In this document: positions 59,601-64,000 of the stretch, piece after piece
How positions within the stretch are numbered: the first letter of the stretch is position 1
Layout: each line of letters begins with the position of its first letter
Assembly: GCF_963921235.1 (NCBI RefSeq)
Contig: NC_086098.1
Coordinates: 4,030,001 to 4,094,000, forward strand
From: Mobula hypostoma
Taxonomy: Eukaryota
Direction of reading: 5' to 3'
Length of the DNA: 64,000 nt
Translations under genes and position numbers: made by a program
The notes under the pieces: generated by a model
Database searches by the model: none
The model's input: the letters and a program-made list of their open reading frames with translations, nothing else
Told to the model about the DNA's origin: nothing

Positions 59601-60455
59601 AGAAGGACTTAGAAAGATTAGGAGAATGGGCAAGAACGTGGCAAATAAAATACAATGTTGTAAGATGCATGGTCATGCACTTTGCTAGTGGAAAAAAATG
59701 TGCAGACTATTTTCTAAATGGGGAGAAAATTCAAAAATCTGAGATGCAAATAATCTTGGGAGTCCTTGTGCAGAACACACTAAAGATTAACTTGCAGGTT
59801 GAATCAGTGGAGAGGAGGGCAAATTTAATGTTAGCATTCATTTCAAGAGGACTAGAATACAGAAGCAAGGATGTGATTCTGAGGTTTTATAAGGCACTGG
59901 TGAGGCCTCACCTTGAGTATTGTGAATAATTTTGGGCTCCTTATCTAAGAAAAGATGTGCTGGCATTGGAGAGGGTTCAGAAAAGGTTCACATGGATGAT
60001 TCCAGGAATGAAAGGGTTATGATATGAGGAAAGTTTGATAGCTCTGAAGGATGAGGGGGGATCTCATTGAAATCTTTTGAATGTTGAAATTGCTAGACAG
60101 AGTAGTTATGGAAAGGCTGTTTCCCATGGTGGGAGAGTCTAGGACAAAAGGGCACAGCCTCAGGATAGAGGGGTGTCTGTTTAAAACAGAGATGCAGAGA
60201 AATTTCTTGAGCCAGAGGGTGGTGAATTTGTGGAATTTGTTGCCACGGGCAGCTGTGGAGGTCAGGTCGTTGGGTGTATTTTAAAGACAGGGCTTGATAG
60301 TTTCTTGATTGGCCATGGCATCAAAGATTATGGGGAGAAAGTTGAGGACTGGGGCCGAGGAGGGGAAAAATGATCAGCCTTGATTGGATGGTAGAGCAGA
60401 CTTGATGGGCCAGATGGCCTAATTTTGCTCCTATGTCTTCCAGTCTTGTGGTCTT
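56625..60455 (+). mobile_element. Long degenerate CR1 ORF2 (two fused copies; RT start repeated at about 58850)
   Basis: LYSNVCSIRNKVDDL...VGITELWL, through KFANDT, to the 3' tail. Confidence 0.85.
56681..56894. mobile_element. Fold-back mini-PLE
   Basis: About 85-bp inverted arms meeting at 56805/56806. 15-bp TSD TGTGTAGTGAGGAGA at 56666-56680 and 56895-56909. Confidence 0.88.
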
Positions 60456-60974
60456 ACATGAATGGTATGGGTTTGTAGGCCTATTGTCCCGGTGCAGGTT
60501 GATGGGTGCAGGCAGTTCTAACGTTTTCAGCATGGACTCAATGGGCCAGAGGGCCTTTTCAGGTGCTGTACTTCTCTTTGACTCTAATGCTATTTTTTAT
60601 CCATCTTTTCTCTCCTCTTTTTGGCAGCCTTTAGAGATCATTGCTTTTGTGCCTCTGTAGTATGTTTTCTATCCTGAGTAACTGCTTCTCGCTTTACGGA
60701 ACCATCCTAGGCAATCATTTGATGCAATGATTTCCTGGTGAGGTAGTGATACATTTGGACTTCCAATCCACTGCACCACATCTAGTGTTCTCAATATGGG
60801 AAGAGCACTTAACTTACATCATTATAACCTTACAAACTCAGTAATGGATACTCCAACTCATTTTATTCTATCTGTGTCAGAACAGCCATGTATACCACAA
60901 TCATTCACTTCTCCTCATGTCATCAATCTGTGAATTTGTCTCAGTTTTGCCTCTCATTACTAGAGTTTTTTATT

Positions 60975-61215
60975 CAGAGACTCAGCACAGTAACAATCCC
61001 TTCTGGCCCCACGAGCCCGTGCTGCCCAGTTACCAATGTGACCAGTTAATCTACTAACCTGTACGTCTTTGCTAGGTGGGAGGAAACCGGGGCACCTAGC
61101 GGGAACCCATGAGGCACATGGGGAGAACGTACAACTCCTTACAGGCAGTGGTGGGAAATGAACTTCGGTTGCTTGTGTGGTAAAGCTTTGTGCCAACCAT
61201 TGCAGTATCATGCAG
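60975..61215 (-). mobile_element. V-SINE
   Basis: Reverse-complement similarity to 3905-4158. Confidence 0.7.
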
Positions 61216-61484
61216 CCCTAAATAATACACCTCACCTTCTAACTATCCCATTCACCTGTTTGAGCACATCTCACCCAACCACATTTTCTTTGTTCTGTCC
61301 ATTCTTCCCACCTCTCTCTCTGCAAATTTAACTCAGCACCTTTCATCTCTCCTTGATCTTATGAAAGGTCTCTCCTAAAACATTAACTCTCTTCCCCTTT
61401 CCACAAATGCTGCCTGACATAACAGACACAAAATGCTAGAGGAACTCAGCAGGTCAGGTAGCATCAATGGAGGGGAATAAATGA

Positions 61485-64000
61485 CCATATAACAACAATA
61501 TAACAATTACAGCACGGAAACAGGCCATCTCGGCTCTTCAAGTCCGTGCTGAACTCTTACTCTCACCTAGTCCCACAGACCTGCACTCAGCCCATAACCT
61601 CCATTCCTTTCCTGTCCATATATCTATCCAATTTAACTTTAAACGACAACATCGAACCTGCCCCCACCACTTCTGCTGGAAGCTCGTTCCACACAGCTAC
61701 CACTCTCTGAGTAAAGAAGTTCCCCCTCGTGTTACCCCTGAACTTTTGCTCTTTAACTCTCAACTCACGTCCTCTTGTTTGAATCTCCCCCAGTCTCAAT
61801 GGAAAAAGCCTATCCACGTCAACTCTATCTATCCCCCTCATAATTTTAAATACCTCTTTCAAGTACCCCCTCAACCTTCTACGTTCCAAAGAATAAAGAC
61901 CCAACTTGTTCAACCTTTCTCTGTAACTTAGGAGATGAAACCCAGGCAACATTCTAGTAAATCTCCTCTCTACTCTCTCAATTTTATTGACATCCTGCCT
62001 ATAATTCGGTGACCAGAACTGCGCACAATACTACAAATTTGGCCTTACCAATGCTTTATACAATTTCAACATTACATCCCAACTCCTATACTCAATGCTC
62101 TGATTAATAAAGGCCAGCATACCAAAAGCTTTCTTCACCACCCTATCCACATGAGATTCCACCTTCAGGGAACTATGCACCATTATTCCTAGATCCATCT
62201 GTTCTACTGCATTCTTCAATGCCCTACCATTTACCATGTATGTCCTATTTTGATTAGTCCTACCAAAATGTAGCACCTCACACTTATCAGCATTAAACTC
62301 CATTTGCCATCTTTCAGCCCACTCTTCTAACTGGCCTAAATCTCTCTGCAAGCTTTGAAAACCTACTTCATTATCCACAACTCCACCTATCTTAGTATCA
62401 TCTGCATACTTACTAATCCAATTTACCACCCCATCATCCAGATCATTAATATATGACAAACAACATTGGACCCAGTACAGATCCCTGAGGCACACCACTA
62501 GACACCGGCCTCCAATCTGACACACAGTTATCCACTACTACTCTCTGGCGTCTCCCATCCAGCCACTGCTGAATCCATTTCACTACTTCGATATTAATAC
62601 CTAACGATTGAACCTTCCTAATTAACCTTCCATGTGGAACCCTGTCAAATGCCTTACTGAAATCCATATAGACAACATCCACCGCTTTACCCTCGTCAAC
62701 TTTCCTAGTACCCTCTTCAAAAAATTCAATAAGATTTGTCAAACATGACCTTCCACGCACAAATCCATGTTGACTGCTCCTAATCATACCCTGTCTATCC
62801 AGATGCTTATATATATCATCTCTAAGAATACTTTCCTTCAATTTTCCCACCACTGACATCAAACTCACAGGCCGATAATTGCTAGGTTTACTCTTAGAAC
62901 CCTTTTTAAACAATGGAACCACATGAGCAATACACCAATCCTCCGGCACCATCCCCGTTTCTAATGACATTTGAAATACTTCTGTCAGAGCCCCTGCTAT
63001 TTCCACACTAACTTCCCTCAAGGTCCTAGGAAATATCCTGTCAGGACCCGGAGACTTATCCACTTTTATATTCCTTAAAAGCGCCAATACTTCCTCTTCT
63101 TTAATCATCATACTTTCCATAACTACCTTTCTTGTTTCCTTTATCTTACACAATTCAATATTCTTCTCCTCAGTGAATACAGAAGAAAAGAAATTGTTCA
63201 AAATCTCCCCCATCTCTTTTGGCTCCGCACATAGCCGTCCACTCTGATTCTCTAAGGGACCAATTTTATCCCTCACTATCTTTTTGCTATTTATATAACT
63301 GTAGAAACCCTTCAGATTTATTTTCACCTTACTTGCCAAAGCAGCCTCATATCTTTTTAGCTTTTCTAATTTCTTTCTTAAGATTCTTTTTACATTCTTT
63401 ATATTCCTCGAGCACCTCATTTACTCCAAGCTGCCTGTATTTATTGTAGATCCCTCTCTTTTTCTAAACCAAGTTTCCAATATCCCTTGAAAACCATGGC
63501 TCTCTCAAATTTTTAACCTTTCCTTTCAACCTAACAGGAACATAAAGATCCTGTACCCTCAAAATTTCACCTTTAAATGACCTCCATTTCTCTATTATAT
63601 CCTTTCCATCAAACAAATTGTCCCAATCCACTCCTTCTAAATCCTTTCGCATCTCCTCAAAGTTAGCCTTTCTCCAATCAAAAATCTCAACCCTGGGTCC
63701 AGTCCTCTCCTTCTCTATAATTATATTGAAACTAATGGTATTGTGATCACTGGACCCGAAGTGCTCCCCAACACATTGAAACCCATCTCATTCCCTAACA
63801 GGAGATCCAACACTGCCCCTTCTCTAGTTGGTACCTCTAAGTTTTCTTGCAGCAATACAATCTTGCACACATTTTACAAACTCCAAACCATCCAGCCCTT
63901 TTACAGAATGGGCTTCCCAGTCAATGTGTGGAAAATTAAAATCTCCCACAATCACAACCTTGTGCTTACTACAAATATCTGCTATCTCCTTACAAATTTT
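61485..64000 (-). mobile_element. CR1 LINE ORF2, disrupted, continuing off the window end
   Basis: ORFs 62446-63420, 62031-62525 (KYADD) and 61587-61952. Confidence 0.95.

Noticed and set aside
60628..60659. Plus-strand micro-exon after a strong polypyrimidine tract (AFRDHCFCASV)
   Set aside because: Too short to support without transcript data, and no partner exons were identified.
1..64000. Prokaryotic retron, DGR or defence system suggested by the many RT ORFs
   Set aside because: All RT fragments are eukaryotic non-LTR retrotransposon types (CR1, RTE, Rex1), and there is no operon structure.

Overview
This is eukaryotic intronic or intergenic DNA made almost entirely of transposable-element debris. 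The repeat content (dense CR1 LINEs, V-SINE/HE1-like SINEs, Penelope-like elements, Rex1, Tc1, Tigger) suggests a cartilaginous fish such as a ray or shark; that assignment is inference. No intact host gene, rRNA, tRNA gene or CRISPR array is supportable, and almost all listed ORFs are TE fragments or their antisense frames. Main points of interest: (1) a young Penelope-like family with minimal hammerhead ribozyme motifs, including two fold-back mini-insertions that turn inside the ribozyme and have 15-bp TSDs; (2) an L1 insertion carrying a probable 3'-transduced 67-bp hairpin/pseudoknot; (3) a BovB-like RTE insertion; (4) a PNMA-like Gypsy gag with LTR, plus two solo LTRs; (5) a deleted Tigger with an internal palindrome hosting nested insertions; (6) several bipartite non-autonomous LINE derivatives; (7) a GC-rich minisatellite that arose inside a Rex1 fragment. 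Family names come from recalled motif similarity, not database searches. Boundaries of old repeats are approximate; TSD-bounded ones were read directly from the sequence.
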